Shown here in pieces: positions 25,437-34,146 of a DNA stretch of 35,120 nucleotides. Made by a program: the position numbers and the translations under genes. Position 1 is the stretch's first letter. Every line of letters starts with the position of its first letter. The DNA is from a virus (taxonomy: Duplodnaviria > Caudoviricetes). Where the stretch lies: positions 1 through 35,120 of IMG/VR virus record IMGVR_UViG_3300032216_000750. One strand, given 5' to 3'. Below the pieces are notes generated by a model. The model was not told the origin of the DNA and did no database searches. It saw only the letters and a program-made list of their open reading frames with translations.

Positions 25437-26489
25437 TTAGGAGTTCGCGTCAGCGATGTACAGACCGGACAGCGGGGCAGTTACCACCACCGCGCTATTG
25501 TCGGTCACGCTGCCGCGCACTCGGCGGTTCCACGGATCTTCCATCGTCTCCACTGTCATGTCCTCGTATGCAAAGGTCGTCAGCGTGCTGAAGGACGGGC
25601 CTTCATTGCCAACCAGACCACCGGGACGGCTCACAAACACCATTCCCGGCGCACTCGCGGTTCCGTAGAAGAAGCCACGCGTGTTCGCGCCGCTCTTACG
25701 AGTTGACACGCGCACGGTGTCATCAACCACAACGCCACCCAGACCGAAAAGGTTCTGCGGCAGACCGTAAGCGGCAAAGGTCGCATCACCCTTGAGGAAG
25801 TTCAGCGCATGAGGAGTGTTCTTGATGTAGTCACGAACACCGTCATTGGTTGCCATCAAGCGAGCGGTGATCGGATTGACAATCAGCAGAATGTCCTGCG
25901 GGCCAACCACGCCAACTGTGTTCTGCACGATCTTCTCAATCGCCGCACGGATGATCTTCTGAACGGCATCGTTGCCAGTTCCCTCGATACCGCCCGTGAG
26001 GCCGCTCACCAGATCGGTCGCGTTTGCAAAGTAGTTGCTAGAAGTCGTCCACGGCGTACCCGTTCCAACATTGGTCAGAGCCGTCGCCGCGCGGTAAGCG
26101 CGATGAGTCATCATCTTCGCAGCAGCAATGCGAGCGTGCGAAGCAGTGATGTCCCACTGGGCCTGACGCGCAGTCTCCTGCGGGATGTTGAACGAGGTCT
26201 GGAAACGCTGGCAAGTGAACTGGTTGAACTCGAAGTCCGAGTTAATACCAGTCGGGCGATCCTCACCCAGAGGCCACTGGAGATCCTGCGTGTTGACCAC
26301 GCGAGCGGTCTCTTCTTCGTCAATGCGGAGGTAGTAGCCGCTCATCTGTTGCACAGGCACGATCTGACTGTACTGCGTGATGGGGAAGCGGTTGACGCTG
26401 CGAGTGAACTCAATCTGGATCTGCCCGGTCGCGGGCGAGAAAGTGGGGACAAAGGTATTCAGTCCACCACCAACACCGTATTCAGCCAT
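25437..26489 (-). CDS. major capsid protein
   Basis: 350 aa; AAAAGGAG RBS; lies between the decoration gene and a terminator. Confidence 0.85.
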   Translation of the reverse strand: MAEYGVGGGLNTFVPTFSPATGQIQIEFTRSVNRFPITQYSQIVPVQQMSGYYLRIDEEETARVVNTQDLQWPLGEDRPTGINSDFEFNQFTCQRFQTSFNIPQETARQAQWDITASHARIAAAKMMTHRAYRAATALTNVGTGTPWTTSSNYFANATDLVSGLTGGIEGTGNDAVQKIIRAAIEKIVQNTVGVVGPQDILLIVNPITARLMATNDGVRDYIKNTPHALNFLKGDATFAAYGLPQNLFGLGGVVVDDTVRVSTRKSGANTRGFFYGTASAPGMVFVSRPGGLVGNEGPSFSTLTTFAYEDMTVETMEDPWNRRVRGSVTDNSAVVVTAPLSGLYIADANS

Positions 26490-26523
26490 TGTTCATTGCT
26501 CCTTTTGTTCTTGGGTCGTTGGA

Positions 26524-26931
26524 TCAGGCGTAGTAGTTCCAGCCCGCCACGCGAGCCGCACGAACGATTTCACCAGCCGCGCCAGTCTGAAGGGCCACAT
26601 AGGCCTGATAGCGACGAGTCGTGGTGGTGGTAAGGCCGGTGATGGCCTTGCCGCTGCTGTCGGACTCCAGCGTATCGCCGCGAGTCACGCCACCAGTACC
26701 AACTTCCACCAGCACGATGTCGCCACCCTGAAGGGTGATCGGGTCGCCGCTGACGGCGTGGTTTGCGCTGTTGAAGGCCGTGGTGCTGCCATCGGTCACG
26801 CCGAGGCAAGCCAGCGTGCCAAGGGTCTGCTGAAGGCCAGTATCGTCAGCAGCCGTCGAGGGCTTGACGAAACGATAGGGGGCAATCGTGCCGCCTGCGA
26901 TGAGTGCCGGAGTGTCAGAGAAAGATCCCAT
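26524..26931 (-). CDS. capsid decoration/cement protein (DUF2190-like)
   Basis: AGGTIAPYRFVK...LGV...G....GD.L.SD..GKA...AL..A.GEIV. Confidence 0.8.
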   Translation of the reverse strand: MGSFSDTPALIAGGTIAPYRFVKPSTAADDTGLQQTLGTLACLGVTDGSTTAFNSANHAVSGDPITLQGGDIVLVEVGTGGVTRGDTLESDSSGKAITGLTTTTTRRYQAYVALQTGAAGEIVRAARVAGWNYYA

Positions 26932-26949
26932 TGTGTCTTGTCCTTTCGA

Positions 26950-27618
26950 TTAGGCCTTCTGGCCCGTGTACTTTGCGAACAGTTGCTTGAACTTGGTCAG
27001 ATCGCCAGCGGCCTCATGCACCGCACGGGCGGTCGCTACCTTGGGGTCGAGGGTTTCGCCACCCTCATCGGTCACGGTGTGCTGCGCCACAGTCGGCACA
27101 TTCAGCGGCAGGCGGGCCATCGTCGCCTTCCAGAACGCGATCTTCGCGCCGGGGTTGGCAGCGTCCGACAGTTCCTCCACCATGCTGTTGCGGAACTTGC
27201 CACAGCGGTAGCCGTCGCGGATCATGGAATCGACTTCCTTGCCGAACCGCTCCAACTTCAACTGCTTCTCAAGTTCCTGCACGCGCGCGAACAGAGCCTT
27301 CGTGGACTTGTCACCCTTGCTCATCTTGGCCTTTCCGCCGTAGGCGGCTTCCATCTCCTCGTCTTCTTCCTCTTCCTCGCCCTGATGCGAGCCGATGTCA
27401 ACATGCACGCCGTCGGCGAAGTTCTCTTCGTCCTCGTCGCCGTCCATGGGGCCAGCGAACTCCATGCCCTCGGCGGCCATCGCCTCGGCATCGGCTTCGT
27501 AGCCCATCTTGTCCTCGTCCTCTTCGGCCTCGCACTCCATAGCGGCAGCAGCCTCAAGAGCCTTCTTGGCCTCGGCCTCTGCTTCGGCTTCCATCTTCTT
27601 CTTCATCTGCTTTGGCAT
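26950..27618 (-). CDS. nested scaffold protein from an internal in-frame start
   Basis: AAAGGAAAGAAC-ATG at 27618, with the same AAAGGA RBS used by the capsid, decoration and holin genes; analogous to Mu I/Z and lambda C/Nu3. Confidence 0.7.
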   Translation of the reverse strand: MPKQMKKKMEAEAEAEAKKALEAAAAMECEAEEDEDKMGYEADAEAMAAEGMEFAGPMDGDEDEENFADGVHVDIGSHQGEEEEEDEEMEAAYGGKAKMSKGDKSTKALFARVQELEKQLKLERFGKEVDSMIRDGYRCGKFRNSMVEELSDAANPGAKIAFWKATMARLPLNVPTVAQHTVTDEGGETLDPKVATARAVHEAAGDLTKFKQLFAKYTGQKA

Positions 27619-28215
27619 GTTCTTTCCTTTGGTTCCTGCGGACGGGACGAAGGTGTTGAGTCCTCCGCCGACGCCAATTTCATCAAACTTTTCCTTGGAG
27701 TCAATAGAAACGCGCACCACTCCAAGAGGACGCTCGAAGACCACCTTCGAGCCGTGCTTCGTGAACCGAGTGTCAGGCAGCGGCCTGCGCGGCGTATCAC
27801 GCCCGAGCAGAGCCACCTCCGACAGATGATTGTCCTTCCAAATCTCCGCGCTGCGGCGAGGGAATGCGTTGGTCGCCAGCAGCGAATCGAACGCCTCCTT
27901 CGGCATCTCCACATCGCCGACCACATAGGCGACACCGTTGCGCTCCTCGTAGCGGACGCTGGTGATGTCGCCGACCGCCTCGGGCCGCGTGGGCTTGCCG
28001 TCCTTCTCATGCTCAATGACGAGTTTGGGACGCGAGCCGCGCTGAATGAACTTCCCGGTGCGTGAAACGATGTCGCGCACCTTGCGATTGTCGTAGCCCT
28101 GCATGGTTTCGTCATCGTCCGAGTCGATGGACGGATCAAAGCCCATGAACAACTCAAGGTTCTTGATGCGAACCTTGCCTTCTTCGGTCTTCTCGACGGT
28201 GTGGGATGCTGGCAT
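26950..28215 (-). CDS. prohead protease-scaffold fusion (Mu gpI-like)
   Basis: LVIEH...AVG.I and RRSAEI...LSEVALLG..P protease-like motifs, then an acidic/coiled-coil tail; start at MPASH (28215). Confidence 0.8.
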   Translation of the reverse strand: MPASHTVEKTEEGKVRIKNLELFMGFDPSIDSDDDETMQGYDNRKVRDIVSRTGKFIQRGSRPKLVIEHEKDGKPTRPEAVGDITSVRYEERNGVAYVVGDVEMPKEAFDSLLATNAFPRRSAEIWKDNHLSEVALLGRDTPRRPLPDTRFTKHGSKVVFERPLGVVRVSIDSKEKFDEIGVGGGLNTFVPSAGTKGKNMPKQMKKKMEAEAEAEAKKALEAAAAMECEAEEDEDKMGYEADAEAMAAEGMEFAGPMDGDEDEENFADGVHVDIGSHQGEEEEEDEEMEAAYGGKAKMSKGDKSTKALFARVQELEKQLKLERFGKEVDSMIRDGYRCGKFRNSMVEELSDAANPGAKIAFWKATMARLPLNVPTVAQHTVTDEGGETLDPKVATARAVHEAAGDLTKFKQLFAKYTGQKA

Positions 28216-28217
28216 GG

Positions 28218-28919
28218 TTACATATCGCGCGAGATGCTCTTTGCCCAATTCACGATTTCGCTAGTCGAAGCGCGTGACACCCATTCCCAATGGTCTGCGG
28301 TGTCAAACTCCGGCTGCATGATGATCTTTGCATACTTGCCGAGTTCAGGGGAACGACGCACACGATCCTTGGCATCTTCGTATCCACGCGCCCAGAACCG
28401 CTCCTTGCGGCCCTTGCCGAAGTAGAAGCGATCCTCGACCTTGAAGGTCGCCTTCGCGCCGGGGCGGGAGGCAATCAAGCCCTTGCCACGCAGGCGATCA
28501 CGAATCACGGAGATGTTCTGATGCGCCGCAATCTCGGGCATTTCTGGAATGCTCCACATGCCGCCCGTCGGCGTTTCGGTGCGGACGATCTTGATTGAGC
28601 GACCGCCCTTCAGTTGCAGACGCACTTCGTTCTCGCTTGCCATCATGTCCTTTTCGCCGGAGCGGGAGAACTTGCCTTCCTTGTTTGCGCGAATGATTGG
28701 GGCCATGCTGTACTGCCCCATCGAATACGCCCATTCGCCTTCACCGGGCCGCTCACGAATCTTCACTCGACGCGATTCCTTTTGGCCCCAACCCACACTT
28801 TCAATGGTCATCATAGAACCAGAACGGGAGGAAACGCGCCAATACACGCGAGCATCAGAGTCACCGATGAAACTGTGTCCGTAGATTTTTCCCACTTCAA
28901 ACTTCGCGCCATCAGCCAT
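28218..28919 (-). CDS. modular head-region protein 2 (candidate cargo polyprotein)
   Basis: 233 aa; GGAGGTG RBS; linkers FSRSGEKDMM, ASRPGAKATF and FGKGRKERF. Confidence 0.8.
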   Translation of the reverse strand: MADGAKFEVGKIYGHSFIGDSDARVYWRVSSRSGSMMTIESVGWGQKESRRVKIRERPGEGEWAYSMGQYSMAPIIRANKEGKFSRSGEKDMMASENEVRLQLKGGRSIKIVRTETPTGGMWSIPEMPEIAAHQNISVIRDRLRGKGLIASRPGAKATFKVEDRFYFGKGRKERFWARGYEDAKDRVRRSPELGKYAKIIMQPEFDTADHWEWVSRASTSEIVNWAKSISRDM

Positions 28920-29712
28920 TCTTCACCTCCACATTCCAGTAGCGTCCGATGGACTGCACCGGAGCCGTCGCGCTGTAGCCGTTGCTCGCCACGCGGCGAG
29001 CGAAGTTCCCAGCCACATCGCCGTCCTCAAACGAAATGACCAGCGCACCGCCGCCAGTCTCGACCGCACGCCATCCGCCCTCGGGCATTTGCTTCTCGGA
29101 GAGCAACTTGCCGAGCATGGGCGAGGACGAAGCCGCCGCAAACCCCTTGCGGTCAAGGCTCGACGCATCGAACCGCTCGGGCTGGCCGGGTCGGGAGAAG
29201 GCAGCACCGATATAGCCGCCAAGCGACTGAATCAAAGCCTTCACTTTTCCGGGAGCATTGAGGTCTGGTGGTTCCATCGCACCATACTTGCGACTAACGG
29301 AGCCGCTGTAGTAGCCATTTGGCGAAATGCGATTGAGTGTGACGGAAGCCTTTAGCGTTTTTGCCAGTTGCTTCAACTGGTCAACTCGCTCCTTCATCAC
29401 ATTCCGAAAATCAATTTTCCAATCTCCAAATCCAAGACCAAACCTCTCGGGCTGGCCGGGGCGGGAGGATCGACTACGCAATGCCTCAATCTCAATCCCG
29501 ACATCATTAGCCAAATCATGCAGGCTCATCTGCTTGCCGGACGGAGTAAAATCGGACTGCTTCATCGCTTCGGAAGCAAGCCGTCCCATTTCGCTTTTGT
29601 TGCTAACCGTCACGGGACGAGAAAGAATTCGGTACAAATCGTCGCGCCGCGCAAACCGCTCGGGCTGGCCGTGCTTTCCAAAGTAGAACCGATCTTCTGT
29701 CTTGTTGGTCAT
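28912..29712 (-). CDS. modular head-region protein 1 (candidate cargo polyprotein)
   Basis: 266 aa; GQPERF occurs three times and separates three unrelated segments. Confidence 0.8.
   Translation of the reverse strand: MTNKTEDRFYFGKHGQPERFARRDDLYRILSRPVTVSNKSEMGRLASEAMKQSDFTPSGKQMSLHDLANDVGIEIEALRSRSSRPGQPERFGLGFGDWKIDFRNVMKERVDQLKQLAKTLKASVTLNRISPNGYYSGSVSRKYGAMEPPDLNAPGKVKALIQSLGGYIGAAFSRPGQPERFDASSLDRKGFAAASSSPMLGKLLSEKQMPEGGWRAVETGGGALVISFEDGDVAGNFARRVASNGYSATAPVQSIGRYWNVEVKNG
29171..29671. repeat. three dispersed direct repeats encoding (SRP)GQPERF
   Basis: 29171-29197 and 29441-29467 are 25/27 identical; 29654-29671 is identical to the first 18 nt of the 29171 copy. Confidence 0.9.
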
Positions 29713-30761
29713 CGTTTGAATCCGGGGTCGGGGTAATCGCCTCTGTCGATGATGCGTTGCCGAGTTGCGTTATACCGTGCCAACGCAGCACGATCTAGAG
29801 TTTCGTCCTTGCGGATGAAGCCCATGCTCTTGGCATCATCGAAGGTCACAGGCTCTAGCGATCCTCGGCAGTTGAATCCGTTGGGTGGCACAAGCCCCTG
29901 CGAGCGCATATCAGCCGCCGTAGCGATGTAGCCATCCATCTGCCAATGGCTACCGGGATTCTTGCTCTTGCCCTTTGGGCGGTACACGCCGCCGGGTGCG
30001 CCGCGCGTCCGGCTGTCGTGAATCTCGACCAGTCGCACAAGCGGAGCCCATCGCGCAACCGCTAGGCTGTCCATTGTTTCGGCGGTCGCTTCGTTGTAGG
30101 CCGTTGCGGTGTTGGTGCGGTAGACAGTCTCCAACCTAGCCGAGGTCATGCCGATGATGCCCTCGACTTGCGCCCTGCGGATGAACGCAGATAGGCTCCC
30201 GGTCTTCAGCCCCTTCGGGATGGACTGGTTCACCATGCTTTGCGCGATCAGGTCGCGGATGCGACGAGCCTGCGCGTCGGTCGCGCCCTTGACGCGAAAC
30301 GATCCGGACAGCGTGTCCTGCAGGGCTTGGAGCCGCTTGGTCAGGTCGCGGATGGCTTCCCGGCTCTCGGCCTTGGCGATTCGCTCGGCTAGCCGTCGCA
30401 TCTTCGCCCGGATGCGGCGAACCTCCAACCATGAGCGCGGGATGCGGTTCCTGAACGCCTTCACGGCTTTCCAGTACGCGCCGGGGCCGAAGCCTGCCGA
30501 CGCAGCAGCGAAGGTATCCGGACGCTCCTCCGGCCATTCTCCGGCCTCCCAGTCGGCTCCCTGCTCCTTGGTGGCCGCGTGAGCCTGCGCTGCGCCCGCT
30601 AGGGCCGTCAGGGTCATCACCTGCCCTAGCACCTCGCCGTACCGCTCCCACGCCTCGGCAGCGTCCTCCGGCTCGTCGCGCACCTGCGCGGCTAGGGCCG
30701 CGAGATACCAACGCCGGACATCGGCGAGTCCGCGCTTGTAGATGCGCTCAAACTCGGTCAC
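29709..30761 (-). CDS. MuF / SPP1 gp7-like head morphogenesis protein
   Basis: RLETVYRTNTATAYN, DSRTR...H and PPNGFNCR. Confidence 0.9.
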   Translation of the reverse strand: MTEFERIYKRGLADVRRWYLAALAAQVRDEPEDAAEAWERYGEVLGQVMTLTALAGAAQAHAATKEQGADWEAGEWPEERPDTFAAASAGFGPGAYWKAVKAFRNRIPRSWLEVRRIRAKMRRLAERIAKAESREAIRDLTKRLQALQDTLSGSFRVKGATDAQARRIRDLIAQSMVNQSIPKGLKTGSLSAFIRRAQVEGIIGMTSARLETVYRTNTATAYNEATAETMDSLAVARWAPLVRLVEIHDSRTRGAPGGVYRPKGKSKNPGSHWQMDGYIATAADMRSQGLVPPNGFNCRGSLEPVTFDDAKSMGFIRKDETLDRAALARYNATRQRIIDRGDYPDPGFKR

Positions 30762-31363
30762 TTGCGACGGCGGGCCTTGGGCTTGCTGGCCTTGGTCTTG
30801 TTGCCGCGCTTCGCGTGCAGTTCGCCGCGCCGCTCCATGCTCTTTGCGATAGCCACCGCCTGATCCTGCGGATAGCCCTCACGGCGCAGCAGCGCGATCT
30901 TGTCGCCCACAGGGTCGGACTTTGCTGCCTGCTCGTCCTTGCCCTCGGCGCGATCCAGTTCGGCAGCCTTCTTCTTGGCCCACGACTTGCCCGAATCGCC
31001 ACCCCAGAGCAGCCACGCGATGTAGCCCGCGCTGTCCTCGCCCCAGCCCTCGCCCTGCTTGTCCACCTCGTGTCGTGCGAAGTACGAGTTCATGCGGCGC
31101 ACCGTGGACGGCGAAAGCGTCTTGCGGTTCGACAGGTCGCGTGCGCGAGCAACGCCGACTTCCGTACCACCTCGACCGTGCTTGCGGCGCAGTTCTAGCC
31201 CACGAGCAGCGGCCTCGGCTGCGCCCTTGGGCGGGGTCAGGTCAACATCGGACAGAGCAAACTTGTCCTTGCTGAATGGCTCTGCGTCGCCCTCTGGGCC
31301 TGCGTCACCCGGCTCGTCGCCCATCGGTCGGACATCAAGCGGAGGCATGCCGCCGCTGCCCAT
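30758..31363 (-). CDS. head-associated conserved-domain protein, in frame with the portal
   Basis: RGLELR.KHGRGGT.VG.ARARDL...RM.SYFARH...AWLLWGGD domain plus a REGYPQDQAVAIA module; separated from the portal only by TAG GGC GGC. Confidence 0.75.
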   Translation of the reverse strand: MGSGGMPPLDVRPMGDEPGDAGPEGDAEPFSKDKFALSDVDLTPPKGAAEAAARGLELRRKHGRGGTEVGVARARDLSNRKTLSPSTVRRMNSYFARHEVDKQGEGWGEDSAGYIAWLLWGGDSGKSWAKKKAAELDRAEGKDEQAAKSDPVGDKIALLRREGYPQDQAVAIAKSMERRGELHAKRGNKTKASKPKARRRK

Positions 31364-31369
31364 GCCGCC

Positions 31370-32716
31370 CTAGGACGGAGCCTGAAGCACCATCTCATCG
31401 TCTTCCGGCTCGGCAAGGCCAAGCACCTTGCGTGCTTCGCGCTCGCTGACGCGGCCACCCAGTTTGGTGAACGCCTCAATCGCCTTCATGTACTCGTCCG
31501 GGTTCGGCTTGCTCACGCTAAATGAGAACGAAGGCGGAATGGCATCATCGCCAAAGTTCATGCGGAACAGCGGAGTGACGATTTCGCGCGTGATGGTTTC
31601 GGCCAGCGCGTTGGCGATGTAGGTGACTTGGCGGTTGAGCGTCTGCGCGTGCTGGTCGCCGATGCTTGAGCCAAGGCCGCTTGTGACCGCCTGTGAAGTG
31701 CCAGTCTGGCCGAGGATGACTTCCTTGATGTTCTCTGTCAGGTACTCAACCATCTTGGCGAACGCTTCCGCGTTGCCGCCATTCGGTTCCTTGATGTCAA
31801 TGCCGAAGCCCGCATCGCTGCCGTCGGCGTTCTTCGGAATCAGCACCGACACATCGCCGAGCAAGTTCTGCATGGCCGACTCCATGTCGGCTTTCGCGGC
31901 CTCATTGCCCACGGGGTAGTTACCCACGCGGATGCCCATGCTGTAGCGTTCGATATAGGTCGCCCAGTTCTGTAGCGCGGCTTGCTTCAGCGACCAGTAG
32001 TACCAAACCAGATCGCGCATGCCGCGACCAAGGTAGGCGTTCTCGGCCTCGTAGGGATCATCGAAATCCACACCCTGTGGCTGATAGGTGTGCAGCGCGA
32101 TGGTGGCTCGCTGCTGATCGTCCAGCGGCAGGACGCGGCTATCCCAGCCGATGACCGTGCCGTTGATCTTGTCCGTGTCCGGGGCTGCGCCGCCGATGGT
32201 CTGCGTGTAGTAGCGCGGGCCGACCTTCAGGCCCAACTGGCCGAGTTCGGTCATGGTCAGGCTGTCGCCGTGGATCGGCATCCAGTCTCGGATGTAGATG
32301 GTTTCGCCCTGCTTGCCGAACACCATGTTGACCGCCGACCGCCCGTACCAGAGCGCGTCGAGCAGATGGCGCATCATGTCCGTAAAGCGCGGGGTGTTCT
32401 TCAGCAGTTTCTCCACGAACGCAGCCTGCTCCGTGGCTTGCTCATCGCCCTGCATGTCTGCGGGAACCTGAACCGCCCACTCCGCGCACGCGACCGAGAG
32501 TTGCAGCATGACGAGCGGCCCCATGATGTCGGGGTCGTATCGCATCTGCCGCTGTAGGTTTCGATCCTTGCGAAACGCCAGCGAGCCTTGTCGAAGGATC
32601 TTGTTGACGGAGAGGTAGTATGACCTCTGCATCTCGACCGGGGTGACGAGTGCTTGGAAAACGGGAGCCACTCGGATCTGGTCGCCGCCTTGAGTCTGGT
32701 TTGCGTCACTTGGCAT
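31370..32716 (-). CDS. portal protein (Mu gp29/DUF935-like)
   Basis: LLDALWYGRS, W..YIERY.M...G.Y and I...ILGQT; start at MPSDANQ (TAATG overlap with TerL). Confidence 0.9.
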   Translation of the reverse strand: MPSDANQTQGGDQIRVAPVFQALVTPVEMQRSYYLSVNKILRQGSLAFRKDRNLQRQMRYDPDIMGPLVMLQLSVACAEWAVQVPADMQGDEQATEQAAFVEKLLKNTPRFTDMMRHLLDALWYGRSAVNMVFGKQGETIYIRDWMPIHGDSLTMTELGQLGLKVGPRYYTQTIGGAAPDTDKINGTVIGWDSRVLPLDDQQRATIALHTYQPQGVDFDDPYEAENAYLGRGMRDLVWYYWSLKQAALQNWATYIERYSMGIRVGNYPVGNEAAKADMESAMQNLLGDVSVLIPKNADGSDAGFGIDIKEPNGGNAEAFAKMVEYLTENIKEVILGQTGTSQAVTSGLGSSIGDQHAQTLNRQVTYIANALAETITREIVTPLFRMNFGDDAIPPSFSFSVSKPNPDEYMKAIEAFTKLGGRVSEREARKVLGLAEPEDDEMVLQAPS

Positions 32717-34146
32717 TAGGGGTTGTTTCCGTAGAGCCGCCACAGTTTCGGCTTGGTGCTTGCGATTGTGGATGGCTTTGCCCGTGGATCATATCGGCGC
32801 GTGCGGGCATGCTCTAGCAAATCCACCACCGCGTCTACGGTGTCATCATGCTCCCCTGCGGGGAATCCAACGAGTTCATCCACGATTGGCTGCTGGGACG
32901 CTTCGACCCGGCCATCCGCTCTACACCGAAGCCGGAGCCGATGCTGCTCCACCATCGCCTGCGCCTCGCTCGCCCGCGTGATCTTGTCTTTCGTGCGTGC
33001 GACTCTTCGCACGGGTATGCGGGTGGACTGTTGGAGTTGCTGGCACAGGCCAGCCTGCGGGCCGTTGCCCTCGGCGATGATCTGCGCGACCCCTAGACGG
33101 TCGCACACATCCACGGCTCGGCGTAGGAACTCGGGGAAGGTCGCCTGCATACGGAGGCATTCCAGCACCCAGACATTGGCTTGCGCGTCCATCAGCGCGA
33201 TGACGCACACGCTGTAGTCGCCGCTGCCCGTAGCGTTTGCGGTGAATGCCCAGTCAATCGCCGCAACCACCGTGCCGTTGGCGGTCGCATCGTGGGCCGG
33301 GTCGCCCGTGTAGTAGCCCTGCTCTAGCCACTCGGGCCGGAAGATCAGGCTCTCATCCGACACAGGGATGAGTTCATAGGCGCGTGCGTAGCCGAGCGGC
33401 CCCATTTCGCGCCGCTGCGCTTGCAGGATGTCCGGCGTGAACACCTCGCCCCACGGACTCTCAAAGCCCCGGCACGGTCGCCAGAACAGCGTGCCGTCCT
33501 GCTCGCTCACGCGCTTCCATTCGGCGGTCAGATCGTCCGAGTGGTACGGCGTGAACAGCCTCCAAGTCCGAGGCCGACCCGCGCTGAAGTCGCGCATGGG
33601 CAACCAGTTGTTGCGCCACGCCTCCTTTACCTTCTCGCGCTCTGCCGGGATGAGGACGGAGTTGCGTAGGTCGCACACATCGTCGCCGATCAGCAGATCG
33701 ACGCGGCCACCTGCGCGTCCGAAGATGTTCGCAGCCTGCATCGTCGGATCACGGTGCATGGTTTCCGACTTCACGATGATCTCGCTTGAGCCATCGTCAT
33801 CGGGCTTGGGCTTCACAATCTGAATCTCGGGGAACACCTCGCGGTAGACATCGGAGCGCATGATCTGCACCACCATGCGGATCTGCTCCTGCGCCTTGAC
33901 CACGGTCTGACCGACATGCTTGATGCGGATATGCGGGTTCCTGCCAATCTCCCACGCCTCGCGGATGCCGATCTGCACGGACTTGCCGTGACCGCGAGGC
34001 ACGCCGACGGCTGCGTCGCCGTTCTTCGACAGGTGCGCTTGCATATCCGTATGCAGGCCGGACTGGTTGAATCCCAGCAACTCGGCGAACACATCCGGGC
34101 ACTCACGCGCTGCCGCGATGACCGCACTAGTTTCCGGGTCGATCAA
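32716..34146 (-). CDS. terL: terminase large subunit
   Basis: Walker A PRGHGKS, Walker B LLIGDD, TPYHSDDL, and nuclease motifs IDWA, DYS and FP.GEHDDTVDA. Confidence 0.95.
   Translation of the reverse strand: MIDPETSAVIAAARECPDVFAELLGFNQSGLHTDMQAHLSKNGDAAVGVPRGHGKSVQIGIREAWEIGRNPHIRIKHVGQTVVKAQEQIRMVVQIMRSDVYREVFPEIQIVKPKPDDDGSSEIIVKSETMHRDPTMQAANIFGRAGGRVDLLIGDDVCDLRNSVLIPAEREKVKEAWRNNWLPMRDFSAGRPRTWRLFTPYHSDDLTAEWKRVSEQDGTLFWRPCRGFESPWGEVFTPDILQAQRREMGPLGYARAYELIPVSDESLIFRPEWLEQGYYTGDPAHDATANGTVVAAIDWAFTANATGSGDYSVCVIALMDAQANVWVLECLRMQATFPEFLRRAVDVCDRLGVAQIIAEGNGPQAGLCQQLQQSTRIPVRRVARTKDKITRASEAQAMVEQHRLRLRCRADGRVEASQQPIVDELVGFPAGEHDDTVDAVVDLLEHARTRRYDPRAKPSTIASTKPKLWRLYGNNP

Noticed and set aside
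26377-28065. 562-aa plus-strand ORF
   Set aside because: Antisense shadow of the GC-rich protease, scaffold and decoration genes; no RBS or motifs.
29171-29671. CRISPR array interpretation of the 27-bp repeats
   Set aside because: The intervening segments are ~190-240 bp, in frame and coding, and there are no cas genes.
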